Assembly (NCBI RefSeq): GCF_902713615.1
Contig: NW_024055461.1
Coordinates: 2,734,345-2,798,344 of the forward strand
Reading direction: 5' to 3'
DNA length: 64,000 nt
Source: Scyliorhinus canicula
Lineage: Eukaryota
The position numbers were made by a program, and so were the translations under genes. The notes under the pieces are model-generated. The model saw only the letters and a program-made list of their open reading frames with translations, had not been told where the DNA came from and searched no databases. Positions 48,793 through 60,604 of this stretch are shown piece by piece (the first letter of the stretch is position 1; each line of letters begins with the position of its first letter).

Positions 48793-50089
48793 CTTCAGCT
48801 TCTTTAATCTGAGAACATTGAGCTGAACTGTTTTATGGGTGGCACAGTAGCACAGTGGTTAGCACTGCTGCATCACAGCGCCAGGGTCCCGGGTTCATTT
48901 CCTACTTGGGACACTGTCTGCGCAGAGTCTTCACGTTCTCCCAGTGTCTTTATGGGTTTCCTCCCACAAGTCCCGAAAGACGTGCTTGTTAGGGGAATTG
49001 GACATTCTGAATTCTCCTTCTGTATACCTGAATAGGTGTTACTACCAGGGGATTTTCACAGTGACTTAATTACAATGTTAAAGTAAGGTAAGCCTACTTG
49101 TGACAATAATGAAGATTATTCTAAATGTATAAAATTCTGGGGGATCATGGTGGCACAGTGGCTGTGTGCCTGCGTGATGGGGATCCGGGTTTCATCCTGG
49201 CCCTGGGTTCACAGTCTGCAAGGAGTTTGCACATTCTCCCATTGTCTGTGTGGGTTTCACCCCTCACACCCAAATACATGCAGGGTAGGTGGCTTGGCCA
49301 AATTAAATTGCCCCTTGATTGGAAAAAAACATAAATTTATATATTTTTTAAATTCTGAGGAATTGAAATAGATTGGATAGGAAGGTCCTATTCCCTTTGA
49401 TTGAGGGATACATATAAAAGGGGGCAGAGATTAAGGGAAGGACTAGGAGGTTTAGAGGGTGGTGAGGATCTGTGATATGCTGCCTGAAATTATGGCAGAA
49501 AGCCTCGTAATATTAAAAAGTAATTTGATAAGACATTTGAATTGATGTAACTTAAAAAGCTACAGACCATAATCTGGAATTTTAATTTTTTTAATATAAA
49601 TTCAGAGTACCCAATTTTTTTTCCAATTAAGTGTCAATTTAGTATGGCCAATCCACCCAGCCTGCACGTCTTTGGGTGGTGGGGGCAAAGCCCACGCAAA
49701 CATGGGTAGAATGTGCAAACTCCATACGAACAGTGACCCAGAGCCAGGATCAAACCTGCGACTTCGGCACCGTGAGGCAGCAGGGCTAACCCACTGCACC
49801 ACCGTGCTGCCCTCACAATCTGGAAATTGAGATTAGGCTGAATACCTACTTTGTAGCCACGATGAGCTGAATCAAATGCGAGCAGGAACAATAAATTTTG
49901 ATAAAATCCGGGATAGTAACTCTCACTACTAACAAGGTCAGCAGTTTGCCCAGTTTAGCTGCCAAGTATGCTAATGTAGCAATTTTAAAATGTACCTGCA
50001 CACATAAGAGTACAACAGCAGATTATTTAACTTCCCCAATGTGATCGGTGTAATTAGTCTCAAATTTAACCTGGAATGGTCATTAAAAG

Positions 50090-50275
50090 TTTCCCAGTCA
50101 CTCTGATATCTGAAATCTTTGTCCTCAGACAGAACAGACAAACCATTTTACCTCCCAATGATATTCAGGTCCTGATGAATCGAGTAACTCAGTCAGATGA
50201 TAATGCGATGTTTGGTTTGAAGTTCCCGTTGGCAAATCCTCCTGTTTCTAAAGGAATTTCACTCAGTCCAGGAGA
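50090..50275 (-). pseudogene. Truncated relic of a ZNF last-exon 5' segment
   Basis: Reverse complement (aaaccaaacatcgcatt..actcgattcatcaggacctgaatatc..tggtttgtctgttctgtc..gtgactgg) matches 51085-51225 and 62860-63005. Confidence 0.55.
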
Positions 50276-50289
50276 GAAATTCACAAGAT

Positions 50290-50750
50290 TCTCTCTTCCG
50301 GCTTCCGGTTCCTGGATGCCCGCGCATGCGCCTTGCTGCACATTTCCGCTGAGAAAGATGGCGGCCGCGCAGGCGCCCTACGGCATATCGCCCCCGAAAC
50401 AGATGACAGCCGTTAACAGGGGCCGATCAGAGAGAAAAACACCGATGCGGCTGGCACATGCGGTACAAACAACGAACGTAATCAAAAGTGCTGGAACCAA
50501 TTTATCACCCTGAGGAACAAAATGGAATAATGGCGGATAACGCTACCCGGAATGCCCGGCGCGACCGAATACACCCTATCTCCATCTCAGGAGTCAGAAC
50601 GCGCAGGCGCCAGTTGCCCCGCCCCCGGAAGTCTCCTCCCTGTGCGGAGCATGCGCGATGCTGCTCCGGCCTGAGCGCAGCCGCAGTGAGAGTGAGTGCG
50701 GCTCCCAGAGGCTGAATGAGAGCCGCCGCGAGCGGGGACAATGGTGAGAA
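50290..50750. promoter_or_regulatory. CpG-island-like, probably bidirectional promoter between ZNF-A and ZNF-B
   Basis: CpG-rich; tandem ETS sites TTCCGGCTTCCGG (~50297) and CCGGAAGT (~50624), NRF1-like GCGCATGCGC (~50322) and GCGCAGGCGC, YY1-like AAGATGGCGGC (~50354). Donors atg|gtgag at 50743 and 50877. Confidence 0.65.
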
Positions 50751-51396
50751 CCCAACCCCCCCCCAATAAGACCCATTCGTTTTATTGTCAGTCTGCAGAC
50801 AGGAGCTGGAGAACTGAACCCAGGCAGAGGAGAGGGAGGGAGAAAACTGGGAGTGGAGGACAGAAATGGTGCAGATGGTGAGATGGGTTTGGATTTCAGC
50901 CCAGGGAGGAGGGAGAGTGTGTGGGACGGGGATTTACAGCTTTGGAGGAACAAGAGAGGAAAAGATGTTCCAGAGAAAACTAGAATTGTCTGTTCAGAAT
51001 TTCTATCCTGGACTGACAGTGATGACTTTTGTAAAGTCCTTTTACAGGATATTGGAAGTGAAGTGGAGGATTGGCCGACAGAACCAAATATCACATCGAG
51101 ATCTGACAGCCATTCGATTCATCAGGAGCTGAATATCATCAGTCTTTGAAACTGGAAGGAGAAATATTTGTCTCTTCCGTTTAAGGAAAAAAATGTCAAA
51201 GATCAGTGTGACTGGAAAAGCACCGAGATACACACACACCCGAATGAGAGTGTTTCATTGCACTGACTATGGAAAGAGCTTGAACTAGTTACACAGCCTA
51301 AAAGAAAATCACACCATTCACAGCAGGGAGAAACTATACTCCTGCTGCGTGTGTCGACAAGGCTTTAAGTGGGAGAGACATAAGGACACCCTCACC

Positions 51397-52461
51397 ATGG
51401 AGAAACCTTGGAAATGTGCGGATTGTGGGATGGGATTCAGTTACCCATCACAACTGGAAATTCATCGTCGCAGTCACACTGGGGAGAGACCGTTCATCTG
51501 TTACATTTGTGGGAAGGGATTCACCCATTCATACAACCTTCTGACACACCAGCGCGTTCACACTGAGGAGAGACCATTCACCTGCCCTGTGTGTGGGAAG
51601 GGATTTACTCGGTCATCCCACATTGTGACTCATCAGCTTGTTCACACTGATAAGAGACCATTTACATGTCCTGACTGTGAGAAGAGTTTTAAATGTAAAA
51701 AGGATCTGCTGACACATCATCGTATTCACACTGGAGAGAGACCATTTACCTGCTCCCTGTGTGGGAAAGGATTCATTCAGTCATCCCACCTGCAGACACA
51801 TCAACTTGTTCATTCTGATAACAAATTTTTTAACTGTCCTGACTGTGAGAAGAGGTTTCAAAACAAAAAGGATTTACTAACACACCAATATGCTCACACT
51901 GGGGAGAGGCCATTCACCTGCTCGGTGTGTGGGAAAGGATTCAGCCGTCCATCTGCCCTACTGAACCACCAGAGAATTCACACTGGGGAGAGGCCATTCA
52001 GCTGCTCTGACTGTGGGAAAGGATTCATTAATTCATCCAAACTTCTGATACACCAGCAACTTCATACAGGTAATAGACCGTTCACCTGCCCTGAATGTGG
52101 GAAGGGATTCACACGTTCATACAATCTTCTGACACATCAGCAGGTTCACAATGAGGGGAGGCCGTTCACTTGCTCAGTGTGTGGGAAGGGATTCAGTCAG
52201 TCATCCAACCTGCTGACACACCAGCGAGTTCACAGTGGGGCGAGGCCGTTCACTTGCTCCAAATGTGGGAAGGAATTTTCTCATTTATCTTATCTTCTGA
52301 AACACCATCACATTCACACTGGGGAGCGGCTATTCACCTGTAATGTCTGTGGGAAGGGATTTACTCAGTCATCCCACCTGCTAACACACCAGCGAGTTCA
52401 CACGAAACCACAAAGTTTAGATTATACCCTTATTGATGCTGTTAATCATGTCCAGCACTGA
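51397..52461 (+). CDS. C2H2 zinc-finger protein B (12 fingers)
   Basis: accATGg start (MEKPWKCADCG...), 12 intact fingers, ends DAVNHVQH*. Acceptor ttttacag|51048; AATAAA near 52512. Confidence 0.92.
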   Translation: MEKPWKCADCGMGFSYPSQLEIHRRSHTGERPFICYICGKGFTHSYNLLTHQRVHTEERPFTCPVCGKGFTRSSHIVTHQLVHTDKRPFTCPDCEKSFKCKKDLLTHHRIHTGERPFTCSLCGKGFIQSSHLQTHQLVHSDNKFFNCPDCEKRFQNKKDLLTHQYAHTGERPFTCSVCGKGFSRPSALLNHQRIHTGERPFSCSDCGKGFINSSKLLIHQQLHTGNRPFTCPECGKGFTRSYNLLTHQQVHNEGRPFTCSVCGKGFSQSSNLLTHQRVHSGARPFTCSKCGKEFSHLSYLLKHHHIHTGERLFTCNVCGKGFTQSSHLLTHQRVHTKPQSLDYTLIDAVNHVQH

Positions 52462-54227
52462 ATAATGTTCACTCTGACAGTCTTGATCTGCTGATGAGGT
52501 TTATTATTCTGAATAAATGTGTTTGAAACATTGTTGCAGATTTTTGTCTTTCCCAACTGAACATCACCTGTCTGGAACTCAGAAAGGACAATCTGGGGGA
52601 GGATCACACGGCAGGAACAGAACTTCAGCCTGGACACAGTCCTTCAGGGTCACACTGAGAGGGACAAACAACACTTGGGTCTTTCTCATCTCTCTTCACT
52701 GACAGCAAAGTCCCCGTGTGGGTTAATCCTGAGGCGTGTAAGAAATTTGGCCCAGCCGCTCTCAACCATATCTCAGAGCTCCTAGACGCGGAACAGAAAC
52801 TCCTTTACAACAAGTCTGCGTTAAAATAGCAGCTGTTAACTGACAATTAGACAACAGTTTCATTCCTGGATAAAGAAGGAGCTCCAGTGTGTGTCCAAGA
52901 ATTCCCAGTTTTATTGATGTGTGCTTCCCACATTCTGTCCTTTTAAATAAACCTAACCCCTACGGGCCTTTAACAATCAGAAAAATAACAGAGAAAAGGG
53001 CGGAGCTGAGTCTGCCCCTTTAACTGGGAGCTGAGCAGTGTCAGAGCCCCGGCTGTCCCTTTAAGACTGAGTGATGTGTTCAGCTGAAGATTCCTATTGG
53101 CCATTTTCTGGGTGATCTCCTTATTCTGATCATTCTCAGTGATCCTCGGGTATGTGAACCTGCTCTCCTGTCTCTCATTCACTGAACATCTCTCTTCTCT
53201 CTCAGGTTCTCACTTCTCTCCACTCTCACACATTCCACAGAGCACCTAAACTCACTTAATTTCTCTCTCTGAAGAAGCACAGAACACACTGAACCTCTCC
53301 TCCAACATCTCATTATGGAGACTCAATCCTTTCTCTCTCACCGATTGGCCCTAACTAACTTTAAATCTCTTTTGAGGAAAATTTAATTTAGTATAATGTC
53401 CCCTTATTTCTCCCAGTGATAATCCTCAGTCCATCTTCCAACTCAGTGAATATGTTAAAAATCTAAATAACCTCATATTTTGATGTTTAAAATGGGAAGT
53501 GAGGTGAATGGAATGCTGAGACCAGAAGCAATCTGTGTGGGAGTTCTTGATGCTGTCAGAGTGAGTTCACCCTCACAGGCAGGAAGACTGTTCACGGTGA
53601 TAACATGAAACTGACGCCTGCTGTTTCATTCTCAGGTAACACAACTTCCTGTTTCTCTGCTGCCGGTTCCAAACCGCACATCTCACTTCTGAGCAGAAAA
53701 TAAATCCAGGGACCGTAATCTAGTGAGAACATCTGTCAGTGCGGCCTATACCTGCCCACAGAGTCAGTGCAGAGTCACACAGATCACATTGTGGTGACAT
53801 TTACAAATGAGCCGGTTATTTCTGTTCAGAGTCTCCATTCCCGGACAGAACCGGCTGTGTCTGTGAATCAGTCACTGAGTTCCCTCTGCTCTCTGTAGCT
53901 GGGAACTGATAACCTGCTCCCTTATATTTTATATCATTCTTTCTGTGTTACTTGTTTCCTCTATTTCTCAGCTTTTATGTCTCACCACCTCGCCTTTCTG
54001 TTTTTTTAAATCTCTCTTCTTTCCTCTGTATTTCTCTTAATCTCTCTGTTCCTATTCAACTGAGGTGTTCAAATCATTAAGTGTGTATGATGGATTGAAG
54101 AAGGAAACAGAGCGAGAAAAACAGAAAATGTTGGAAAACTTTTTTTTTCTTTTTTGTATGTTGGAAAAACTCAGCAGTTCTGGCAGCATTGGTACAGGGA
54201 GAAACAGAGTTAACATTTTGAGTCCTT

Positions 54228-54470
54228 AGAAATCATAGAATTTACAGTGCAGAAGGGGGCCATTCAGCCCAACGAGTCTGCACTGGCTCTTGGAAAGTGC
54301 ACCCTACCCAAGCCCACACCTCCACCCTGTCCCCATAACCCAGTAACCCCACCCAACACTAAGGGCAATTTTGGGACACTAAGGGCAATTTAGCCTGACC
54401 AATCCACCTAACCTGGAGCTCCACCTGGAGCTGTGAAGCAATTATACTAACCACTATGCTACCGTGCTGC
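54228..54470 (-). mobile_element. HE1-like SINE, internally deleted
   Basis: atcatagaatttacagtgcagaagg...taagggcaattt...ccactatgctaccgtgctgcc. Confidence 0.78.
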
Positions 54471-55039
54471 CTTGTGACTCCTCAGAGCAGTGTAAATCGG
54501 GATTGTCCCTCTGAGATCAGGGAGGGTGAGAGGAGATTTAATAGAGGTGTTCAAAATGAGGAAGGATTTGTGATAGTGTCGATGGGGAGAAACTGTTTCC
54601 CAAGAGCAGGAGGGTTTGTAACCAGAGGACACAGAGATTTAAGATATTTGACACCAGAACCCAAGGGGGTGATGAGGAGAATGGTTTTTACACAGTGATG
54701 TGATGTGATCTGGAATTCACACTGACAGGCTGCTGGAAGCAGATTTCACAGTAACTTTCAAAGATAATTGGATAAACACTTGCAGAGGGTAAATTGGCAG
54801 AGTTATGGCGAATGGGGTTAATTGGACAGTTCACTCACCTTTGTGACATGCTGAATTTTCCTCTAACTGATGTTTTAACATTCGATCTTTTCAATCACAA
54901 AGTGTCTCAAAGAGATTAAAACTTTGGTTTTGATGAGCTGTCAGATGCATTTCCTGTGTGACTGTGTAACTCGAGAACTATGAGAAGGATCTGAATATTT
55001 TCAGTTCCTCTAACAGATGTACCTCAGATATCAGAAATC

Positions 55040-58000
55040 TCTGGAGTTCTCCAAGTCCTCATTGCTGTCCCCTTGGGTCTATAAGGCAGCCCAACCCCTG
55101 CGGCTCCCACCGAGCACGGAAGGCCTTGAATGTGCCCGTGGACACCGCACGCTCCAGGGACACCCGGCCCGTGAACAAGGCTGCAAAGAGGGGCAGACAG
55201 TCAGGTCGGATGACCCCCTTGGTCACCCGCTGCTTGGACCTATTAATGGCAAGTTTGGCCAGGCCCAGGAGCAGGTTCACAAGGACGTCCTCCGCCTTTC
55301 CCGTCCCCCCTCTGCACCGGATGTCCGTAGATCAGGAGCGTGGGGCTGAAGTGCAAACAAAATTCCAACAAGGACATTGTCAGGAAAGCAAAAAGGGAGT
55401 GCAGCCTGGGACAGGCAACATACACGTGCTCCACGGTCTCCACCAGGCTGCAAAAGTGGCAGGTCTCTGGGGAGGCCGTGAGGTGGCTTAGCTTTACTTA
55501 GTTTTCACACCGTGTATCTCGCCAGACTAAGTGGAGATACTCCGGTTGAACGGCACTGCCCTGTGCAACAGCCTCCACCCCAAGTCCCCAAGTTTTATGG
55601 GGAGGACGTGTCTGTAGAGGGACCTCCACCGCCCGACGGCAACACGGCACGCCAAGGCGTGTCCGGACGGCGGGCGAGGGCAAGGAGGTGGAAAGTATCT
55701 CCCTGTGTTTGCGTGAGTTTCGCCCACAACCCAAAGATGAGAAAGTTAGGTGGATTGAACACACTAAATTGTCCCTTAATTGGAAAAAAAATGATTTGGG
55801 TATTCTACAATTATTTTTTTTAAAAAGAGGTGGAAAGTGTGCGATTGCAGGCCGTACAGGAAACCCCTTCCCGCGGTGCGAAAAGGAGGGTATTTTCACA
55901 AGGCGGCTGAGGTTGTGGGGCACTGGCACTCAGGGGGGGTCCAAGCTGGCATCCACCCAGACGGGATGGCACTGGACAACTGCACCGTCTCATGTTTAAG
56001 TGTGCCCACGGGGCTGAGCATGACTGACTTGAGGCCTCGGATAGCTTTGGCCGTGCGCTGGACGGACACAGCTCCGCACTCCGCAAGCTCGTAGGGCATT
56101 ATCCAGCCCACTCCTCCACCACCCAGCACGTCACCGATCCTGGTCACCCTGGCATCCACAGCCCTCCGCTCTGCCAGCCACTGGAATGGATATTGGCGGA
56201 GGTGTGGATTCCTGAGCAGCAGCTCCCTTACAATAACCACTACTCCTAACGGGGGAGAGCTGTGGGGCATCGTGACCATGTTCCAGACTTTGAGAAGGTC
56301 ATGGTACAGACGGGCAGTGCCAACAATGAACTCCGAAGACCTTGCTGGTCAACGAACAGGAGCTGCACATCGTAGTTCAGGTCATACACCTGGCAGAAGA
56401 AATACGTCACTAGGGCACAGCATCGTGGAGAAGGCTCAACGTACAGGAAACACTGCAGACTCTGAAGACGGAAAGTCGCTACCTGGGTGCAAAGGCAGAC
56501 CAGCACCTGACCGCCCTCAGCAATCGGGAGATTCAAGACCTCTGCAGCGACCCAGTGCAATCCATTGTCCCAGAAAAACCGAATCAGAGTTCTCTGGATG
56601 CGACAAAGTCAGGGGGAGGAGTCAAAGTGACCAGCGGGTACCACAGCATGGAGGCAACCAGCTGGTTTATGAAAAGAACTCGACCCTGTATTGACAGCAC
56701 TCGGAGCAGTCCTGTCCAGCGTCCCAGGCGAGCGGTGACCTTGGTCTCCAGCTCCTGCCAGTTCGCTGGCCAGGCTTCCTCTGCCGGGTAAAGCTGGACT
56801 CCCAAGTAGAGGATGTTGGTCCGGCTCCAGCTGAAGGGCCTGAGCTCCTCTGGGAGGGGGTCCATTTGCCACGGACCGACCAGGAGTCCAGAACATTTAG
56901 TCCAGTTGATCCGAGCAGAAGACGCGGCGGTGTAGACAGGCACTCTCGCATCCTCCGCAGGTCACCGGGGTCAGTGAACATGAGGAGCACGTCATCAGCG
57001 TCAGCCGAAAGGACCACCGACATGGCCGGTTCCTGCAGAACCAGCCCCAACAACCTCCTCCGCAGGAGGCACAGGAAAGGCTCCACGCAGAGAGAATAAA
57101 GTTGGCCGGACAGGGGGCAGCCCTGACGCGCTCCTCTCCCAAAGCGAAAGGGCGCCGTCAGGGACCCGTTAACCTCAATCAGACACTCCGAGGCGGTGTA
57201 CAGTAATCGGATCCGGGTGACAGAATGCATCCCGAACCCGAAAGCTCGCAGAGTCCCGAGCAAATACTCGAACCCACCCTGTCGAACACCTTCTCTTGGT
57301 CAAGAGACAGGAAGGCACTCGACATACCAGATCTCTGCTTTGGACTTGAGGAGCAGCCCCAGATTTCCCCAGCTGTCCAGGGCCAGCCGCACGCAGTCCC
57401 GGTAACCATGATGCTTTTCAAAAATGCCCGGAGGGGATGAGGGGAGACTTGGTGCCGGGCATGAGGCTGCCCTCTGCCTCACTGCAGAGAGTGTCTAAAT
57501 CCTCCTCCTCGCCCGCCACTGAGCAGCCTACCTCCTCCGAGCAGTCACTGGCTGAGCCCAAGCCTCCGTGGCAGGCGCCGTGGGCCCATCGACAAGCCCT
57601 TAACACGAGTTGATCCGGGGCTGGTTTAGCACAGGGCTAAATAGCTGCTTTTTAAAGCAGACCAAGGCAGGCCACCTGCACGGTTCAATTCCCGTATCAG
57701 CCTCCCCGAACAGGCGCCGGAATGTGGCGACTAGGGGCTTTTGCCAGTAACTTCATTTGAAGCCTACTTGTGACAATAAGCAATTTTCCTTTCATCCCAC
57801 CCCCAGGATCGTCCTGAGGTGGGTTCCCTGCAGGCTCCCCCAACGATTCAGTGTCCGTGGATGGCGGCAGCTCAGACCCCCCTTACACTGTCGATGCCGG
57901 GCCCTCGGAGAGACCACGGAAGACCCCTGGGAACCTGGCATCATCTGCTTGGGTGTTGTGAGCGGGGAGCCTTCCTCGCCGTCGCCCGCCCATGACCCGA

Positions 58001-59500
58001 ATATATCAGACACTGGTGGCTGCCGCCAGCCCCCAGCAATGAACAAAAGGAGGTGACCGGGAGTAAAATTGTACCGGGCGGAACAAGCCCTCGGGGGTCA
58101 CGTCTCCCCCCGGCCCCGGGCCTCCCTGCTCGGGAGACGGCAGAATGGGCACCTCAGTGGCCTTGGAGACCGCCTTGACCTTCTTTTTAACGGGGCTGGG
58201 CATCAGAATGATGGGAATAAACACAGGAGACACCCAACCCCACCCGCCTGGGGAGGGGGTAGCAAAATCCTCCGGCCCGGACAGGCGCCGCTTGTGGGGG
58301 GCAGGGTCAACTCGCTGCAGGGTCTCCACTGCTGGAGGGCCCTCAGCAGCGTTCCCCCCCCCCCCCCTCCCCGCGCGCCCAGCCCCTGGGATTGTGGCGA
58401 GGCTGTAACAGCCTCCAGCCCGGGGCCGTACACAGGGTCCCCACCACCCTCCGGAGCCTGTGTGGAGGTCTCTCCAGGCACCGCAGATTGTTGCGAGGTG
58501 GCAGTGGTGTCCTGTGGTGAGGTTGCGGCCTCCGAGTTGGTTGGGATGGGCACGGGGTCAGTTCCCATGATGGGGCCAAGGTGTGGATGGGCCCGGTCTG
58601 ACCGCGTGCCGTCTTCCATTTGGTCTTTTTATGCTGCCTCTGGTCTAGCGGAGGCTCCCTCTCCCCCCCCCCCCCCCCCCCCCCCCCCCCGCCAGCAGCC
58701 GCGGTGTTGCCAGGGGCCGGCTGCTGGGCAAAGAGGTGGCAGAGGAGAGAGGCGGAAGTGCCAGCTGTGCCACCCTGGAGGTGGTGTTGGTGGCAGCCGT
58801 TAGGGTGGGACAATTCCGGCGAATATGCCCCAGCCCTCTGCAGACATGGCACCGGAGGTCATCCGCAGACCAGAACACTTTACGGTCCTTCCCTTGGTGG
58901 GAGACCACAAAGCCTCCCTCTGTGATCTCCTCCCGAGTCAGGCGGACAAAAACCTGATGCCGGAAGGAGTAGACGAGGCGGAAGGAAGGGTCCCGCAGGC
59001 CAAGCGACAGCGGCGCCACCCCGGACCTGACCTCCCCCAGTAGGTTGAGTTGGGGAGGCAGAGCTCGGTGGGGAGGTAGGGCGGGACGTTTGAAATAACC
59101 ACACATTCGGAGATGGACTCCAGCGGGTTCACCGCCACGTGTGTCCCGCCCACCATGAGCCCCCTTTCCAGGACGTGGTGGACCGTCTGCTCGGCCCGCA
59201 GGAAAAACACGACCTTGCCGTACATCCTGGAGGCGGCTACGATGGTCGAGGGGCCGAAGACCCCGGCCATCGCACGAGTGCCCACCTCGATGGTCATGGT
59301 GGGGTTGGGCATAACATTTGACCCTACGTTGCCGTGTTTGTAGGCGGAAAGGCGAGGGGGCAGCGGAGGGTCGACAGGTTCCCGTCCCCACAAAGGTTCT
59401 TGGCTGCCCTGCATTCGGCAGAGTGGAGGATGCCCCTGGGGTATTGACCATGTCCACCCCTGGTACGGTCCGGCCGTGTATCTAAGACCAGGGTAGTAGG
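55040..59500 (-). mobile_element. Decayed Tx1-clade non-LTR retrotransposon
   Basis: ORF1 remnants (AASRMYGKVVFFL..SNVPPY; zinc knuckle CHVCRGLGHIRRNC) and RT remnants (SLDQEKVFDRV, RQGCPLSGQLY, ADADDVL); SINE insertions at ~55690 and ~57617. Confidence 0.8.
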
Positions 59501-59739
59501 GCAAGATGGGGGGAGGGGTGATGGATGTGGCACCACAACAGCAGGTGCCACAAGGGAAGGTGCTGCAGGGCAACAGCAGAGCGGAGCAGCGTTCTTCAGC
59601 CCTGGAGGGGCCTAAAACAATGTCCCAGGCTGCCCCACACCCACCACAGGCGGTGAAAGGCAGGCGGACGGCGCTCTTCAGCCCTGTGGGGCACAAAACA
59701 AAGCCCTTGGTCTTCACAACAGCCCCAGGTGGTCCCATT

Positions 59740-59960
59740 CCCACCCCGGGCAGAGGGGCAGGAGGACAGAGGGCAGGGTCTGCAGTCCCAGGTGGTCCCA
59801 CTCCCACCTCAGGCAGAGGGGCGGGAGGACAGAGGGCAGGGTCTGCAGTCCCAGGTGGTCCCACTCCCACCTCAGGCAGAGGGTTGGGAGGACAGACGGC
59901 AGGGTCTGCAGTCCCAGGTGGTCCCACCTCAGGCAGAGGGGCGGGAGGACAGAGGACAGC
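59740..59960. repeat. 63-bp GC-rich minisatellite, about 3.5 copies
   Basis: Unit ggcagaggggcaggaggacagagggcagggtctgcagtcccaggtggtcccactcccacctca. Confidence 0.88.
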
Positions 59961-59991
59961 AGGAGTGGGGATTGGGGAGGGGGAGGGACAG

Positions 59992-60430
59992 GAACAATCA
60001 GCGAGTCAGCCTGTGGCCACTCTCACCATCTGTCACCGTCACAATGTCCGAGTGATTGACGGCGGGTGCCGACCAATAGGAAGAGGAGGCGGGACTAGAG
60101 GACCGAGTGACGGCGGCTGGTCCTCCAACCAATCGTAGTGAATGAGGGGCGGGGGTCAGGCTCTGATTGAAGCATGCGCAGTGTAGGTAATGGCGAAGGA
60201 GGAGGAAGTCTATTTGAGATCGGAAATTGGTAAGAGGTGGTTAACAATTTGGAGGGAGCGAGAGATCGAGGGGGTGGGCGGAAAAGTTGTGTAAAGCTGT
60301 TGTGAGCCGCAAACCGCGGAAAAAAGTTTCCGGGACCCAGTTTGTACCGAGCAAAACTGCAACTCTTCATTACAGCTTGCATTAACGGCCGCCATCTTTA
60401 CTGGACGTGCATCAGGGCGCATGCGCGTGT
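59992..60430 (+). promoter_or_regulatory. Promoter module upstream of ZNF-C
   Basis: Two CCAAT boxes, GC boxes (GGCGGG, GGGGCGGGG), NRF1-like GCATGCGCA and GCGCATGCGCG, YY1-like GCCGCCATCTT (~60389). Confidence 0.55.
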
Positions 60431-60604
60431 CAATGAGTGGGAGGAGCTTGTTCCCCATTGTTCAGAATGGAGCCAACTTGTCCATCAAACTGGATTAGTC
60501 TGAGTCCCAATGTCTTATTGATGATGCAAAGCGGTGGCATAGATGGAAACAAAAGGAATCCAATGCTGCTCTCCAGATTTAATTCTCTCATTTCACTGTC
60601 TGCA

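Larger units (their letters stand above)
46270..49812. mobile_element. Dispersed HE1-like SINEs: ~46270-46610(+), 47885-48125(-), 48836-49120(+), 49140-49335(+), 49590-49812(-)
   Basis: Same head and core motifs as the other HE1-like copies. Confidence 0.78.

Noticed and set aside
52970-53900. Additional promoter and non-coding exons
   Set aside because: A GC box, a CCAAT and possible donors are present, but there is no coding exon to link them to; too weak to call.
54170-54226. Second hammerhead motif
   Set aside because: Only a mutated GAAA-side half remains; the CUGA half is cut off by a SINE.
59506-60138. 210-aa collagen-like or Gly/Pro-rich protein
   Set aside because: Produced by the 63-bp minisatellite; no splice context or domain.
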